Shown here piece by piece: positions 19,621 through 29,661 of a stretch of 64,000 nucleotides of DNA; positions within the stretch are counted from its first letter, which is position 1, and the number at the start of each line of letters is the position of its first letter. The notes beneath the pieces were generated by a model. It searched no databases, had not been told where the DNA came from, and worked only from the letters and a program-made list of their open reading frames with translations. This DNA comes from Pelagomonas calceolata (lineage: Eukaryota): positions 1,488,001-1,552,000 of the forward strand of contig CAKKNE010000006.1 in assembly GCA_918797485.1 (NCBI GenBank), written 5' to 3'. The translations under genes and the position numbers were made by a program.

Positions 19621-21390
19621 ATGGCTGAGCCCGAGCAACAAGCGCCGGCACCGGCAGCACCGACGCCGGCCGCACCGGCGCCGGCGTCGCCCGCCAAGCC
19701 CGAGAGCCTCGCCGCGCTGCCGCCGCCCGGCGGCCCCGCGCCCCCGAAAGGCATCCTCAAAAAGAAGAAGAAGAAGAAGATCCTCGACAAGCTCGCGCCG
19801 CCGGCGCCGGCGCCGGCGCCTCTACCTCAACAGTCGTCCGACGAGGACGACTTCGACGAGAAATTTCCGCAGAAGGCGAAGGCGCCGGCCGCCGCGCCGC
19901 CAGCACCGGCCGCCGCGCCCGCCGCGCCCGCCGCGCCGGCGCCGCAGCCCAAGAAGAAAAAGAAGAAGAAGCTGGCCAAGTTCGCGAGCCTCGGCGCGCC
20001 GCCGGCGCCGACGCCCACGGCCGCGCCGGCGCCGCCGCCGCCCGCGCCCACGGCGCCGCCGCCGAAGAAGAAGAAGCGGGTGGTCGTCGAAGAGGAAGAC
20101 GACGACGAGGACGCGCCGCCCGACGACCTCTTCGACCGCGAGGACGACGACGGCGCGGCGGCGGCCGCGTTCGCGGAGACCGAGGCGCCCGAGCTGCCGC
20201 CGGACGGCGTCGAGTATGACGAGCGCCACATCGCGCGGCTCAACGCCCAGTTGAAAGGCGTGGAGTTCGTCGACGACGGCGAGCGGTGGCGCGTCCTCAA
20301 GGTCTCGTTCGACGCGGAGCACGAGGAGCCCGTGTGCTTTTATTTTGATGCCAAATTAGGCGACAAGGGCACGGTCGACGACTGCGAGTACTCGGCCGTC
20401 GACGAGGTGCAGCAGTGGATCGCGAATCATAGGCGGCGCCTCAAGGCCAAGGCCGCGCGCGAGGCCTCCGGTTTGTCCGGCGCGCCGCCCAAGAAGCGCC
20501 GCGTGATTAGCGACGACGACTTCGCGTCCTTCGCCTCGTCGTTGGACACGGAAGAGGCGCCGCGGCGGAAACCCTCGCCGCCGCCCGCGGCGCCGCCGCC
20601 GGCGCCCGCGCCCGCGCCGCCGCCGCGGGTCAGGACGGTGCCCAAGAAGAAGAAGGACCCCCTCAAGGAGTCGCTCAAGAAGATTACCAAAGTTGGAGCA
20701 TCGGCAGCAATCCCGAAACGCGCGCCGGCGCCGCGGCCCCAACAAAGAGCCGTGCCGCGCTTCAAGAGCGACGCCCGAAAGCGGCCGTCGGCCATGGATC
20801 TGATGAGAGCGACGACGCCGGGGCAAGCTCCCCCACCACAAATGCGCGCGCCGCCGCCGCGGCCCGTGCAGCGCGCGGCCGAGCCGCCGCCGGGCTGGCG
20901 CCAGCGCGGCGCGCCTCAAAATGATAGGCCCTGGCTCGCGGCCGGCGCGCGCGGGCCGTCCCCCATGGGGGCGCCGCCCATGATGATGCCGCCGCCTCCG
21001 CAACAGTACGGCGGGCCGCCGCCGCAGTTCGGCGCGCCGCAGTTTGGGGGCGGCGGCGCGCCTCAATTTGGCGGGCCGCCGCCTCCGCAGTTCGGCGGCG
21101 GCGGCGCGCCTCAATATCAACGGCCGCCGCCCGCGGGCCTCTACGGCAGCGCGCCGCGGGCCGCGCCGTCGCTGGGCCCGCCGCCCTCCGTCGCGCCGAG
21201 CTTCGGCGGCGGCGGCGGCCCGCCGCCGGCCGCGCCGCCGCCGCGGCAGGCCGCCGACGAGAAGGCCGCGTTATTGGCGAAGCTGATGGACTCGAAGCCC
21301 GCGGACGCGCCTTCGGAAAGACCGCCGCCGCCCGCGGCGTGGGTCAACCCGCTTGCGCGCGAGCAGGCGTCGAAAGGGGGCCCCTTCTAA
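19621..21390 (+). CDS. Pro/Lys-rich low-complexity nuclear protein with a small central globular domain
   Basis: 589-aa ORF with poly-Lys NLS-like runs, central FVDDGERWRVLKV...FYFD...EYSAVDEVQQWI and GGPPPQF repeats. Confidence 0.6.
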   Translation: MAEPEQQAPAPAAPTPAAPAPASPAKPESLAALPPPGGPAPPKGILKKKKKKKILDKLAPPAPAPAPLPQQSSDEDDFDEKFPQKAKAPAAAPPAPAAAPAAPAAPAPQPKKKKKKKLAKFASLGAPPAPTPTAAPAPPPPAPTAPPPKKKKRVVVEEEDDDEDAPPDDLFDREDDDGAAAAAFAETEAPELPPDGVEYDERHIARLNAQLKGVEFVDDGERWRVLKVSFDAEHEEPVCFYFDAKLGDKGTVDDCEYSAVDEVQQWIANHRRRLKAKAAREASGLSGAPPKKRRVISDDDFASFASSLDTEEAPRRKPSPPPAAPPPAPAPAPPPRVRTVPKKKKDPLKESLKKITKVGASAAIPKRAPAPRPQQRAVPRFKSDARKRPSAMDLMRATTPGQAPPPQMRAPPPRPVQRAAEPPPGWRQRGAPQNDRPWLAAGARGPSPMGAPPMMMPPPPQQYGGPPPQFGAPQFGGGGAPQFGGPPPPQFGGGGAPQYQRPPPAGLYGSAPRAAPSLGPPPSVAPSFGGGGGPPPAAPPPRQAADEKAALLAKLMDSKPADAPSERPPPPAAWVNPLAREQASKGGPF

Positions 21391-21422
21391 GTTATCGGAT
21401 ATAGCTTAGTTACACAAGAGGC

Positions 21423-22481
21423 TCAGAGCGCCCACGCCACGAGGCGCCCGTCGCACGCCGTCGTCGAGAACCCGCCGCTTCCACTTTTTTTGAGGCAGGT
21501 CACGGGCCCCTGGTGCTTCTTCCAGGCCGTCGACCCCGCCGACGCGCCCTGGGCCGACCCCGTCTTGTCCTTGGCCTGCCACATGGCCATCTTCGCCGCC
21601 ACACCACTCGCGGCCTTCGTTTCCGCTTCTTTCTTCTCGTCTAAGAAGCGGGAGAAGGCCCAGGCGTTCGTCTTGGCGAAGAGGGCGGGATTCGCGTCGT
21701 GGCCCGCGCCGATGAGCTTCGCTTCGTCGAGGAATAGGAGCTGCGTCAAGGGCAAGCACGGCAGCTTGATCGTCTGCACTTGACCATTCGTCACGACTGA
21801 TATCGAAGCGTCGTGGCCGGCGAAGGCTAAGGAAGCACCGGAAGGACTATAGGCCACGGCGTGGACCCAGCCGCTGCACACGAACTCGGCCAGCACCTCG
21901 CCAAAGGGCTTGGCTTCGTAACCCGCGACAGCCGTCTGCGCCCCGTCGACACCGTCAATATGAGCGGAAAAGACTCTACAGCGAAAGTCCGAACTCCCAG
22001 TAGCCAACACCGTGGAGCAGGGGTGCCACGCCAGACTTAGTACAGAGGACTTGTGTTTTTTGATCATTTTACTGACCCACCAGTTGTTGTCTGACTCATA
22101 ATAGCATACTGGGACACATTTCGCGGAGGAGGCGACGGCGAACTTCTGGCCGTCGAGGGACCACCTGCAATCGAGCGCGGCCCGCTCGATGCGCAAAATC
22201 ACCAGGCTCGGTTTCCATTTCTTCTCTCCGTCGTCAAAGGACCAGACGAACGCGTTGCGGTCGTGGGCGCAGGTCACGATGTAGTTGGACTGGGGGTGCC
22301 AGTCGATCGCACTAATGAGCATGTCGTGCTCCTTTAAGCTGTGTTTGGTCTCCAAGGTCTTGGCGTCCGCGATCCTCAGTTCGTTCGAATTGGGCGCGAA
22401 GGCCACTTCGGAGCCGTCCGGGGACCAGGCGTGGGCGCTCACGCCTATTGTGGCGTCCGTGAGCTGCTGGAAGGTGGCCAT
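21423..22481 (-). CDS. ARPC1: Arp2/3 complex subunit 1 (p41, WD40)
   Basis: IVTCAHDRNAFVW, WKPSLVILRI.RAA, CYYESDNNWWVSKMIKKHKSSVL, GSSDFRCRVFSA. Confidence 0.95.
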   Translation of the reverse strand: MATFQQLTDATIGVSAHAWSPDGSEVAFAPNSNELRIADAKTLETKHSLKEHDMLISAIDWHPQSNYIVTCAHDRNAFVWSFDDGEKKWKPSLVILRIERAALDCRWSLDGQKFAVASSAKCVPVCYYESDNNWWVSKMIKKHKSSVLSLAWHPCSTVLATGSSDFRCRVFSAHIDGVDGAQTAVAGYEAKPFGEVLAEFVCSGWVHAVAYSPSGASLAFAGHDASISVVTNGQVQTIKLPCLPLTQLLFLDEAKLIGAGHDANPALFAKTNAWAFSRFLDEKKEAETKAASGVAAKMAMWQAKDKTGSAQGASAGSTAWKKHQGPVTCLKKSGSGGFSTTACDGRLVAWAL

Positions 22482-22657
22482 GGCGCGGCGCGCGGCGGCT
22501 GGGTCCTAGCCCTTGATCCACTCGCCTGTAAAAAGGCGCGGCGCTGGGTTACGCTGGCAGCGGCCTCGATCGGGTCACTGGCTGTGGCCTCGGTTGACTT
22601 GTAGCTTCAGTGATTCGCGCGCGGCTGGCGTGCGAGCAAAATGCCCGGCGGCGAGAC

Positions 22658-22677
22658 CTAGCGTACATCGACACTAG
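22658..22677 (+). promoter_or_regulatory. Diverged CTAG-N12-CTAG upstream motif copy
   Basis: ctagcgtacatcgacactag between divergent ARPC1 and FKBP. Confidence 0.45.
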
Positions 22678-22923
22678 CCAAGTCGCAGCCCAAAGCCCCA
22701 GTGCCGTGTACAGCTCATTCGAAGTGGCAGAGCGTCGCTTCTCGCGTTTCGTACCCTTCAGATCCGCTACCGGTGCTTAGTTGCATTGGTTGCGCATCTG
22801 GGGCAAGCTACAGCCCGTACTCAGGTGTGCCTCCCTTACGCGTCGTGTCGTGCACAGAGCGCACAAAATTCGCAGCCAGCAGACTGGTGGAGAGCATCGC
22901 CGCCTACTTGTCGCACGAAGTGC

Positions 22924-23556
22924 ATGCGCACGGCTCGCGTCGCACTTCTCGTCGTCAGCGTCATGGCCGCGCTCGAACCCGAAGACGTCCTCGGCGACGG
23001 TTCCGTGCTCAAGACCATCGTAAGGGCGGGCTCCGGCGGCAAGCCGCGACCGGGGCAAGTCGCGCGCCTGAAATACGCGCTGCGCCTCGCCGACGAGACC
23101 GTTATCGAGGAGGACGCCGCGCGGTCGATCACGGTCGGTAACGAGGGCGACGGCTTGGATTTGGGGGTGGCGGAGATGCGCGTCGGGGAGCGGAGCCGCC
23201 TCGAGGTGCGTTTTGATAGAGGTTTCGGCGAGGCGGGGCTGGGACGAAGGCGCGTGCCGCCGCGCGCGACGCTGTTCTACGACGTCGAGCTGCTGGCCGT
23301 CGCAGATGATGTGTCTTCATCGAACGACGACCCGCTCGCGCTGCCCGCCAGCGATGGTGCTCAAAGTGTGACCGTCGGCGGCGAAGCCGTCGCGATGGAG
23401 GAGCTGGGGCCCATCGTCATCAACACGGACGGGACGACGGCGCGCATCACGAACTGGCCGGAGATGACGCCGGCGGAGCAAGAAAAGACGCGCCGCGTCA
23501 TCGTCGCGCGCAACGCGAAGCGCCTCGCGAAGCTCGAGGCGGCCCGCGAGCTGTGA
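22924..23556 (+). CDS. FKBP-type peptidyl-prolyl isomerase with extra C-terminal domain
   Basis: DGSVLKTIVRAG.G, GLDLGVAEMRVGER...GFGEAG...VPPRATLFYDVELL; N-terminal signal-like segment. Confidence 0.8.
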   Translation: MRTARVALLVVSVMAALEPEDVLGDGSVLKTIVRAGSGGKPRPGQVARLKYALRLADETVIEEDAARSITVGNEGDGLDLGVAEMRVGERSRLEVRFDRGFGEAGLGRRRVPPRATLFYDVELLAVADDVSSSNDDPLALPASDGAQSVTVGGEAVAMEELGPIVINTDGTTARITNWPEMTPAEQEKTRRVIVARNAKRLAKLEAAREL

Positions 23557-23697
23557 CCTAAGTAGGATTTGGATGTCGAGCGCGTTGACGGCGTGGGCCC
23601 GGCGCGTTATGTCGGGCGAGAGAGAGGGCCACTTATTGAACCCACCCCCAGGTAGTACGGACCCCGAACGCTTCGCCACCGTGTCATAGCGCGCGCG

Positions 23698-23718
23698 CTA
23701 GCGCCTGTAAGACACTAG
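23698..23718 (+). promoter_or_regulatory. CTAG-N13-CTAG upstream motif copy
   Basis: ctagcgcctgtaagacactag, 67 bp upstream of ATG 23785. Confidence 0.65.
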
Positions 23719-23784
23719 CAAATTGACTGCTGGCAAATATAAATCGGCCCATCATCTCTGCTATCCATCGAAAGGCTGCCAAAG

Positions 23785-25305
23785 ATGGGACGCAAGACGG
23801 CCAAAAAGAAGCGGGGCGCCGCCAAGAACACTGTGCCCAAGGCCGCGCCGCTCGTCGACGCCACCGTGTTCGGGGGCAGCTATTCACTGCAAGTACCCCA
23901 GGGCTGGATGCACCCGGCAGAAGTCCTGGCGTCCGGCTTCGACGCCCGGCCGTCGGAGCAGTTCGTCAGCCGCCGCGCGTTAAGCGGTCCTGGCTTCGCG
24001 TCGCTCATAGTGGATGTGGTGCCGGCTCACATTCGTGATTTAGGGAGCCCTTCGGGCAAGCAGCGATTGTGTGAATTCGTGAATTACCATGAGGAGGAGA
24101 ACGACGCGACGTTCAAAGCCCCTGTCGAGGTCAAGAGCTGCCATGATTCGCCCTTTGAGAGCGTCTGGCTCATTGAGTATAAGTCGGTGGGAAAGCTGGA
24201 GGGGCGTACGACGAGGACGATGGCGGCGCTCCTCGAGAGTCCGGAGGCGGACGTGATCCTGCGCCTGAACAACGGCGACACCGAAAACGTCTGCTTCCCG
24301 TCGATTGTCGGGTCGCTGCGCCGCGTGCCGGGGGCTCCGCCGCCGCAACCGCACTACCCACGGGGCTCCGGCCTACCAGTCCCGCAGACAATTGAGCTCG
24401 ATTTCGACGAACTCGAAGCGGTCGCAAAAGACAGAGACGTAGATGTCGAGTTCCTCTGGATGACCGCCCAAGCGATGTGCTCCAGCGATGCCGAATTGAC
24501 ATCGATGGACGCGGCGGCGCGCGAGAAGGTCGACACGCTGCTCAGGTGCGAGAACTTTGCGCGATACCGGCATGCGGCGTTGGAATTGCCGATCGTCAGG
24601 CGGCGCATCGAGGATAGGCAGCGGGCACGCATTTCCCGCGAGCAGGCGTCTTATAAAGCAGCCTCGGAACCGGTCGACGACCCGCGGGCGCGTGCTATCT
24701 CGGTTGCCGTGGCGGTCGCCAAGGCCGCAGCCAAGGCTATCCCGCCTCACGAAAATATCACTGAGAATGCGAGATGGATAAGAGCAGTACAAACTCTACG
24801 GGATGCAATCACCACAGACGATTCTGACGAAGAAAACTTTTATGAGTATATGCAGAGCCGAAAGTATGACGGTCCCGAAAAGTACTGGCCGCATGAAAAG
24901 ATGTTGAAATTCATGTCGCGCTGGCCCCGTGTACGGAAGTACTGGCCACGGCTGCGGCGTAGAATCTGTACCTACTGTGGCAAGAGAAGTGACCTGTCCG
25001 AACCGCGGCTCTTGGTCTGCGGGGGGTGTGCCGCTGGCCGAGGCGTCGGGCGCTATTGTTCCGAGGCTTGTCAGCGAGCCGACTGGCCTGAACACCAGGA
25101 GGCTTGCACGCTCATTCATACTATGCCGGACGAGGGTCATCCGTGGATGAGGAAGGTGCCGCATACCATGCTTTTCGCCGGGGTGAAGGAAGCGAAATCC
25201 GCCGGCCTCTCGCCGGAGGGGATGTCGGAGGCTGATCTCGCGGACAGAATGTTGAGCCTCACACTTCAATATGCAAAACAATGGAAAAGCGAAGGAAAAA
25301 TGTAA
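23785..25305 (+). CDS. Mog1/PsbP-like N-terminal domain plus C-terminal MYND zinc finger
   Basis: VFGGSYSLQVPQGW...SLIVDVV (Mog1-like); CTYC...CGGC...YCSEACQRADWPEHQEAC (MYND). Confidence 0.65.
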   Translation: MGRKTAKKKRGAAKNTVPKAAPLVDATVFGGSYSLQVPQGWMHPAEVLASGFDARPSEQFVSRRALSGPGFASLIVDVVPAHIRDLGSPSGKQRLCEFVNYHEEENDATFKAPVEVKSCHDSPFESVWLIEYKSVGKLEGRTTRTMAALLESPEADVILRLNNGDTENVCFPSIVGSLRRVPGAPPPQPHYPRGSGLPVPQTIELDFDELEAVAKDRDVDVEFLWMTAQAMCSSDAELTSMDAAAREKVDTLLRCENFARYRHAALELPIVRRRIEDRQRARISREQASYKAASEPVDDPRARAISVAVAVAKAAAKAIPPHENITENARWIRAVQTLRDAITTDDSDEENFYEYMQSRKYDGPEKYWPHEKMLKFMSRWPRVRKYWPRLRRRICTYCGKRSDLSEPRLLVCGGCAAGRGVGRYCSEACQRADWPEHQEACTLIHTMPDEGHPWMRKVPHTMLFAGVKEAKSAGLSPEGMSEADLADRMLSLTLQYAKQWKSEGKM

Positions 25306-25314
25306 GGCCCGGGG

Positions 25315-25397
25315 CATTGTAAGGACATCTGTAAGGACATTGTAAGGACATTGTAAAGTAGCACGTCCGAGTCACGGTACTAGTAGTACTACTAGTA
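25315..25397. repeat. ~11-bp tandem repeat (cattgtaagga x ~4) followed by a perfect 20-bp palindrome
   Basis: Tandem copies at 25315-25358; tactagtagtactactagta at 25378-25397. Confidence 0.85.
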
Positions 25398-25434
25398 GTA
25401 GATAGATACCAGCCTTAGTACACCCGAAAAAAAA

Positions 25435-28400
25435 CTAGCCCGCCACGCTGCTACTCATCCGCACCGACCGCGGCCGCTCGCGGAACGGCGGCGGCGACGA
25501 CGCCAGCGACAGCCCGTCTTCATGCGAAGAGTCCGGCGAGACGACGTTCCGCCGCTCTACGTGAGGCAACTTGCGGGGACCAGAACCTTTCACAGCGAGC
25601 TCCTTGCGCCTTCGATAGACCCCGGCAGATAAATGGGCCTGCTGGGCCGGCGACAGGAACTGCGAACCTGTCGGACGTTTACCAATGGAAGCCAACCGCT
25701 CGTGCAGGGGTATCTCGCCAAAGGTAACTTCCACGTCCTTCTGCTCCCTTGCTCGAGTCAATGATGACTTCCGCTTCGGTGGAGAAAACGGACCGGGAAA
25801 CGGCGGCGGGTAGGGGTAGTCCCTTAGTACCGCTCGCGCGCTACTCCCCATCGCGTTGTGGCCGCCCGTCAGCGGCCTCTTTTTTAACATAGAAGGGTCC
25901 AGCTTGACTGGACTTCCGAGAGACGTCCTGCCGGTAGCACCGGTGACGACGGAGAACTCGTCTTCATCATACTCGGGCGCCGTCACCGGGCGGTTGCAAG
26001 ATAAGCACTTGGTCGAAGCCAGGCCCTCCCACTCCTCGGGCTCGGCCTCCTCGAGCTCCTTCAATCTTCTAAGAATGTCCTCGAGCTGGTCGCGGCCGGC
26101 CTTCGTCTCCAGGAGTCTCCTCAGGACGTCCATCTCCGACGACTCGATGAGTCGGGACTGGGCCCGTCGTAGCTCGGCCAGACCGTCCCGCAGATCATCC
26201 ACGGACGACTGCTGCGCTTTTGTGGGAACGAGCATCTCGAGCTTCTCCAACGCCTCGATGATCTCCGGGTCCGGACTTCTATCGACGATGACTTCCGGGG
26301 TCGGCGGTCTCTCATCCGCCGTGATGGTGATTTGCGGCGCTTCCCGGCCCGAAACCTCGGCCAAGGTAACAGCGAGGGCGTTCTGGGCCTCGGCGAGCGC
26401 CTCGTACTTCTTCCTCAATTCATTCGCATTGTCGTACTGGCGTCTTGCTAAATCCGCCTCCAGCACGTCGGCCACATGCCCGTGGACCTGCTTGACCTCG
26501 ACGTCGTCTATGGATGAGAGCGTCTCGGCCAGACTCCAAAGCCCCTCGACGGGCTCGCCTCGCGCGAGAGCGGCCGACGCCTCCGTGCACGCCCGACCGG
26601 CCCCTTCCAACGCATCGCCGGGGCGCTGGTGCCGCCTTCCAAAATTCTCCAGGGCGTCCTGCAGCGTCAGTGCATCGCTGGAACCGCTCAGAAGTTGTAA
26701 CGTGTCGCGGCCGGCCGCGTGGCGCCTCCATGCGATGCCCGCTTCGAGAGCTCTGAGAGCCTCGTCGGAGACGCCGCCCGTCGCCACAGGCACGGGAGCC
26801 GGCGTGCGCGGCCGGTCCCCGAGCATCGACGCCTCGAGCCGCTGGAGGCGCGCCGCGACGGTATTCTCGCTCGCGTGTTTGTGAGAGACCGCGCATCTTC
26901 CAGTAACTGGTTCGCTGTCTTCATCAATACGCCGCTCGAAGGTCTTCGCGCTGAAGTCCGCTAACTGAGGCAGGTCCGCGTGCGCCACGGGCGTATGATG
27001 CGGGTCCGACTCCAGTTCACTCGACCGCGGATCCCGGGGGTCGAACGACGCATGATGTAATTCGTCCCTCAGATGGAGCCGCTGCTCGTCGATCTCCCGC
27101 TCGAACGACTCCAATAAAGTAGCTACTTTATGCGAGGCCGGGTCGTCGTGCGTGACGTCCGCGTAGTGCGACGAGTCCGCGCCTTGTAAGATGGTGCCCG
27201 CTAGCTCGCGCCAGTCCTTCTTCTGGGACGCTTTCGATTTCGCGAGGAATAAGGACGCTAAGACAGTCGCCCGGCCCTTCTTGGCCTTGGCGAAGGCGTC
27301 GTCCAACCGTCTGAGAGACGCTTGTTCTAGCTTCGCTTGCTCCGTCTCGAGGTCGTCGCCGTCGACGTGCAACCTAGTTAACTCGGCGACGAACTCGGTT
27401 CGAGCACGCCTCGCTAATATGACTTCGGATTCCAGATAGCACCGCTGCAAATCGACGACGTGGCCGGGCACGTCCTCCGTGTGGCACCGCCGCGACGCTT
27501 CCAACCGCCGCGTGAGCGCGATCTCGACGCAGTCCTCCTCCTCGCCTAGTTCGACGGGCGCGAAGTGGTCTGCCATCGCTAGATTGCTATCTAAACCGGA
27601 GACGTTGTAGCCCAGCGTTTTCACGGCCTCCATCGCTCGCTTCGAACTCTGCAGCGCGTGGTCCGCGCGCCTTCTTAGGTCTCGCTCACCTTGATGGACG
27701 CGATCAAACAACGCGTGCTTGAGCTCTGTCAATTCGCCGTCGTTCGACAAGGACGCGAGCTTCTCCCTCAGTTCAGCCAGAGACTTATCTGTTGAAGCGA
27801 ACGACTCGTCGCACTGGCCAAACCCTCGGTCGGTCTTCGACTTGTGCTCCGTCTGCGCGCTTTCGAGCTGGGCCATCTTCGACTTGAAGGACGCCTGCAT
27901 CTTGCGCACCATCTCCGAGATCTGTTGGGCCCACTCGGCGCTCACGGGCTCGCCGTCCGCGGGCGCCGCCATCACTTCCACGTCCGCGTCCGCACTCAAC
28001 GCTTCGAGCTGGTCTTTCAGTTGCTGCTCCAGAGCGGTGATGCGGTCATTTTGTTCCTGGAGCTTCCCATCAGTAGTAGTCTGGAAGCCGCCCACGTCAC
28101 TATTCAACTTCTCGAGCTGGCCCGTCAAGGCGTCCTGGCGCTTGGTCCTTGACTGGGTTTCTTGCTCTATATTTTGACGTAGTTCGGACGCCGCTTCCGA
28201 CACCGAGTCCTTGGTCGCCTTCGTTCTCCGCAGCTCGTCGACGGCCCGCCCCAACTGGTCGCATCGCTTACCGACGGACCCAAGACTTCCCTCCAGCTCC
28301 CGCGACGCCCGCCGCGCTTCCGCGGCCTTCGCCTCTTTAACTAACGACAGCCAGTGCGACCACGAGGTCCACATGACCATGTTCGCCATGCGGTTCATGA

Positions 28401-29178
28401 TCTTGAGCATGAGGCGCCGTTGCCGTTCCAGCTCCTCCTCGGGGTCCAGAGGTTCGGGCTCCGGTGGCGGTGCTTCCACCGGTTGTATGGAAGAGACGGC
28501 CTTGTCGATCATCGATCGCATTTGATCAGTGAGGTCCGCTCGCATCGACGCCTCGAGGTTTGCGAGTTTAGCGTCCACGGCGTTGCGGATCAACAGATCA
28601 AAGTCCGGCGCGTCGCCACTTTGAGCCGCCTTGGCCAAAGCCTCGCGCGCCGCGGCTTCTCTCGCCTCGCGCTCGGCCCGTTCTTTCTCAGCTCGTTCGC
28701 GCTCGGCCTTCTCCGCCGCTCCTCGCTCGAGTCTATCTTTCTCGGCCTGCTCTTTACTCAACCGGTCGCGCTCGGCTTGAGCCTTCGCTTCGCGTTCTGC
28801 GGCCTCGCGGGCCGCGGCCTCACTCTTAGCCAAAGCCTTTTCCGCGCGCTCGCGCTCGGCGGCCATCGCGGCCTCGGCCCGCCGGCGTTCGTCGGCGAGC
28901 GCTTTCTCGAGCGCTTGCTTCGACGCCGCCGCCGCCTCGGCCGCGAGCCGCTCGGCCTCCAACCGTTGCGCGCGCTCGTCGCCCAATTCCGTTTCCATCG
29001 TAGAACAACGCTGCTCTAGCGTCCCGAAGGCGTCGACCATGAGATTTAAAGCGCTCCCGACCATCGTGGGGACAGGGCTCGTGTCGAGCTGCAGGATGCG
29101 CACGAGCTCCTGCTGCCGCGCGGCCTCCATCTGCGCGTCGAGCTGCGCCTTGAGGCCCGCGGCCATGGCGCTGGCCAT
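25435..29178 (-). CDS. Large coiled-coil protein with C-terminal KCLSCNRPV motif (DUF4795/QRICH2-like tail)
   Basis: 1247-aa ORF with extensive heptad/EAAR runs; LASTKCLSCNRPV near the C-terminus. Confidence 0.65.
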   Translation of the reverse strand: MASAMAAGLKAQLDAQMEAARQQELVRILQLDTSPVPTMVGSALNLMVDAFGTLEQRCSTMETELGDERAQRLEAERLAAEAAAASKQALEKALADERRRAEAAMAAERERAEKALAKSEAAAREAAEREAKAQAERDRLSKEQAEKDRLERGAAEKAERERAEKERAEREAREAAAREALAKAAQSGDAPDFDLLIRNAVDAKLANLEASMRADLTDQMRSMIDKAVSSIQPVEAPPPEPEPLDPEEELERQRRLMLKIMNRMANMVMWTSWSHWLSLVKEAKAAEARRASRELEGSLGSVGKRCDQLGRAVDELRRTKATKDSVSEAASELRQNIEQETQSRTKRQDALTGQLEKLNSDVGGFQTTTDGKLQEQNDRITALEQQLKDQLEALSADADVEVMAAPADGEPVSAEWAQQISEMVRKMQASFKSKMAQLESAQTEHKSKTDRGFGQCDESFASTDKSLAELREKLASLSNDGELTELKHALFDRVHQGERDLRRRADHALQSSKRAMEAVKTLGYNVSGLDSNLAMADHFAPVELGEEEDCVEIALTRRLEASRRCHTEDVPGHVVDLQRCYLESEVILARRARTEFVAELTRLHVDGDDLETEQAKLEQASLRRLDDAFAKAKKGRATVLASLFLAKSKASQKKDWRELAGTILQGADSSHYADVTHDDPASHKVATLLESFEREIDEQRLHLRDELHHASFDPRDPRSSELESDPHHTPVAHADLPQLADFSAKTFERRIDEDSEPVTGRCAVSHKHASENTVAARLQRLEASMLGDRPRTPAPVPVATGGVSDEALRALEAGIAWRRHAAGRDTLQLLSGSSDALTLQDALENFGRRHQRPGDALEGAGRACTEASAALARGEPVEGLWSLAETLSSIDDVEVKQVHGHVADVLEADLARRQYDNANELRKKYEALAEAQNALAVTLAEVSGREAPQITITADERPPTPEVIVDRSPDPEIIEALEKLEMLVPTKAQQSSVDDLRDGLAELRRAQSRLIESSEMDVLRRLLETKAGRDQLEDILRRLKELEEAEPEEWEGLASTKCLSCNRPVTAPEYDEDEFSVVTGATGRTSLGSPVKLDPSMLKKRPLTGGHNAMGSSARAVLRDYPYPPPFPGPFSPPKRKSSLTRAREQKDVEVTFGEIPLHERLASIGKRPTGSQFLSPAQQAHLSAGVYRRRKELAVKGSGPRKLPHVERRNVVSPDSSHEDGLSLASSPPPFRERPRSVRMSSSVAG

Positions 29179-29484
29179 GTTAGTTTCGCGCGCCGGCCCG
29201 CTGAGCTCCCGCTGCTGCTCCCTGCTGCCGGGTCCGTGCAGCTAGCGCCGCCGCCGGGGCTGCCTGCGCTCGCGCCTGCTACGGCCCTTGGGTTTCCGAG
29301 TTACCTCGCACGGCGGGGCTGCTTATGGGTTGCTCCCGGCGCCTCGCGGGGCCATTTTTCTAGCCTGGCGCTCTCCCGGATGGGGCCCGTGTATCTTGCT
29401 TTTTTTATTTTTTTGGACCCGTGCGGAGCGCTGCGGGCCCGGGGCTAGGGCTCGGGACCCCGGCCCAGGCCTGGCTGCTGCTTT

Positions 29485-29506
29485 CTAGTGTCTTACAGGC
29501 CGCTAG
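29485..29506 (-). promoter_or_regulatory. CTAG-N14-CTAG upstream motif copy (exact reverse complement of 13197-13218)
   Basis: ctagtgtcttacaggccgctag between divergent starts 29178 and 29662. Confidence 0.65.
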
Positions 29507-29661
29507 CTAATTCACTTCTCGGCATCCTCTGCACGGCCGTACAGCTGCGTTGCGAACGCTGCGCGACGCATCCAGCCGCTCAGGGCCTCTGCGTCGACGG
29601 CGAAGCGCCGCGTGAGCCAGCGATCGTGTAAGTGCTCGCTGCTGCCGAGAAGACGCTTAAC

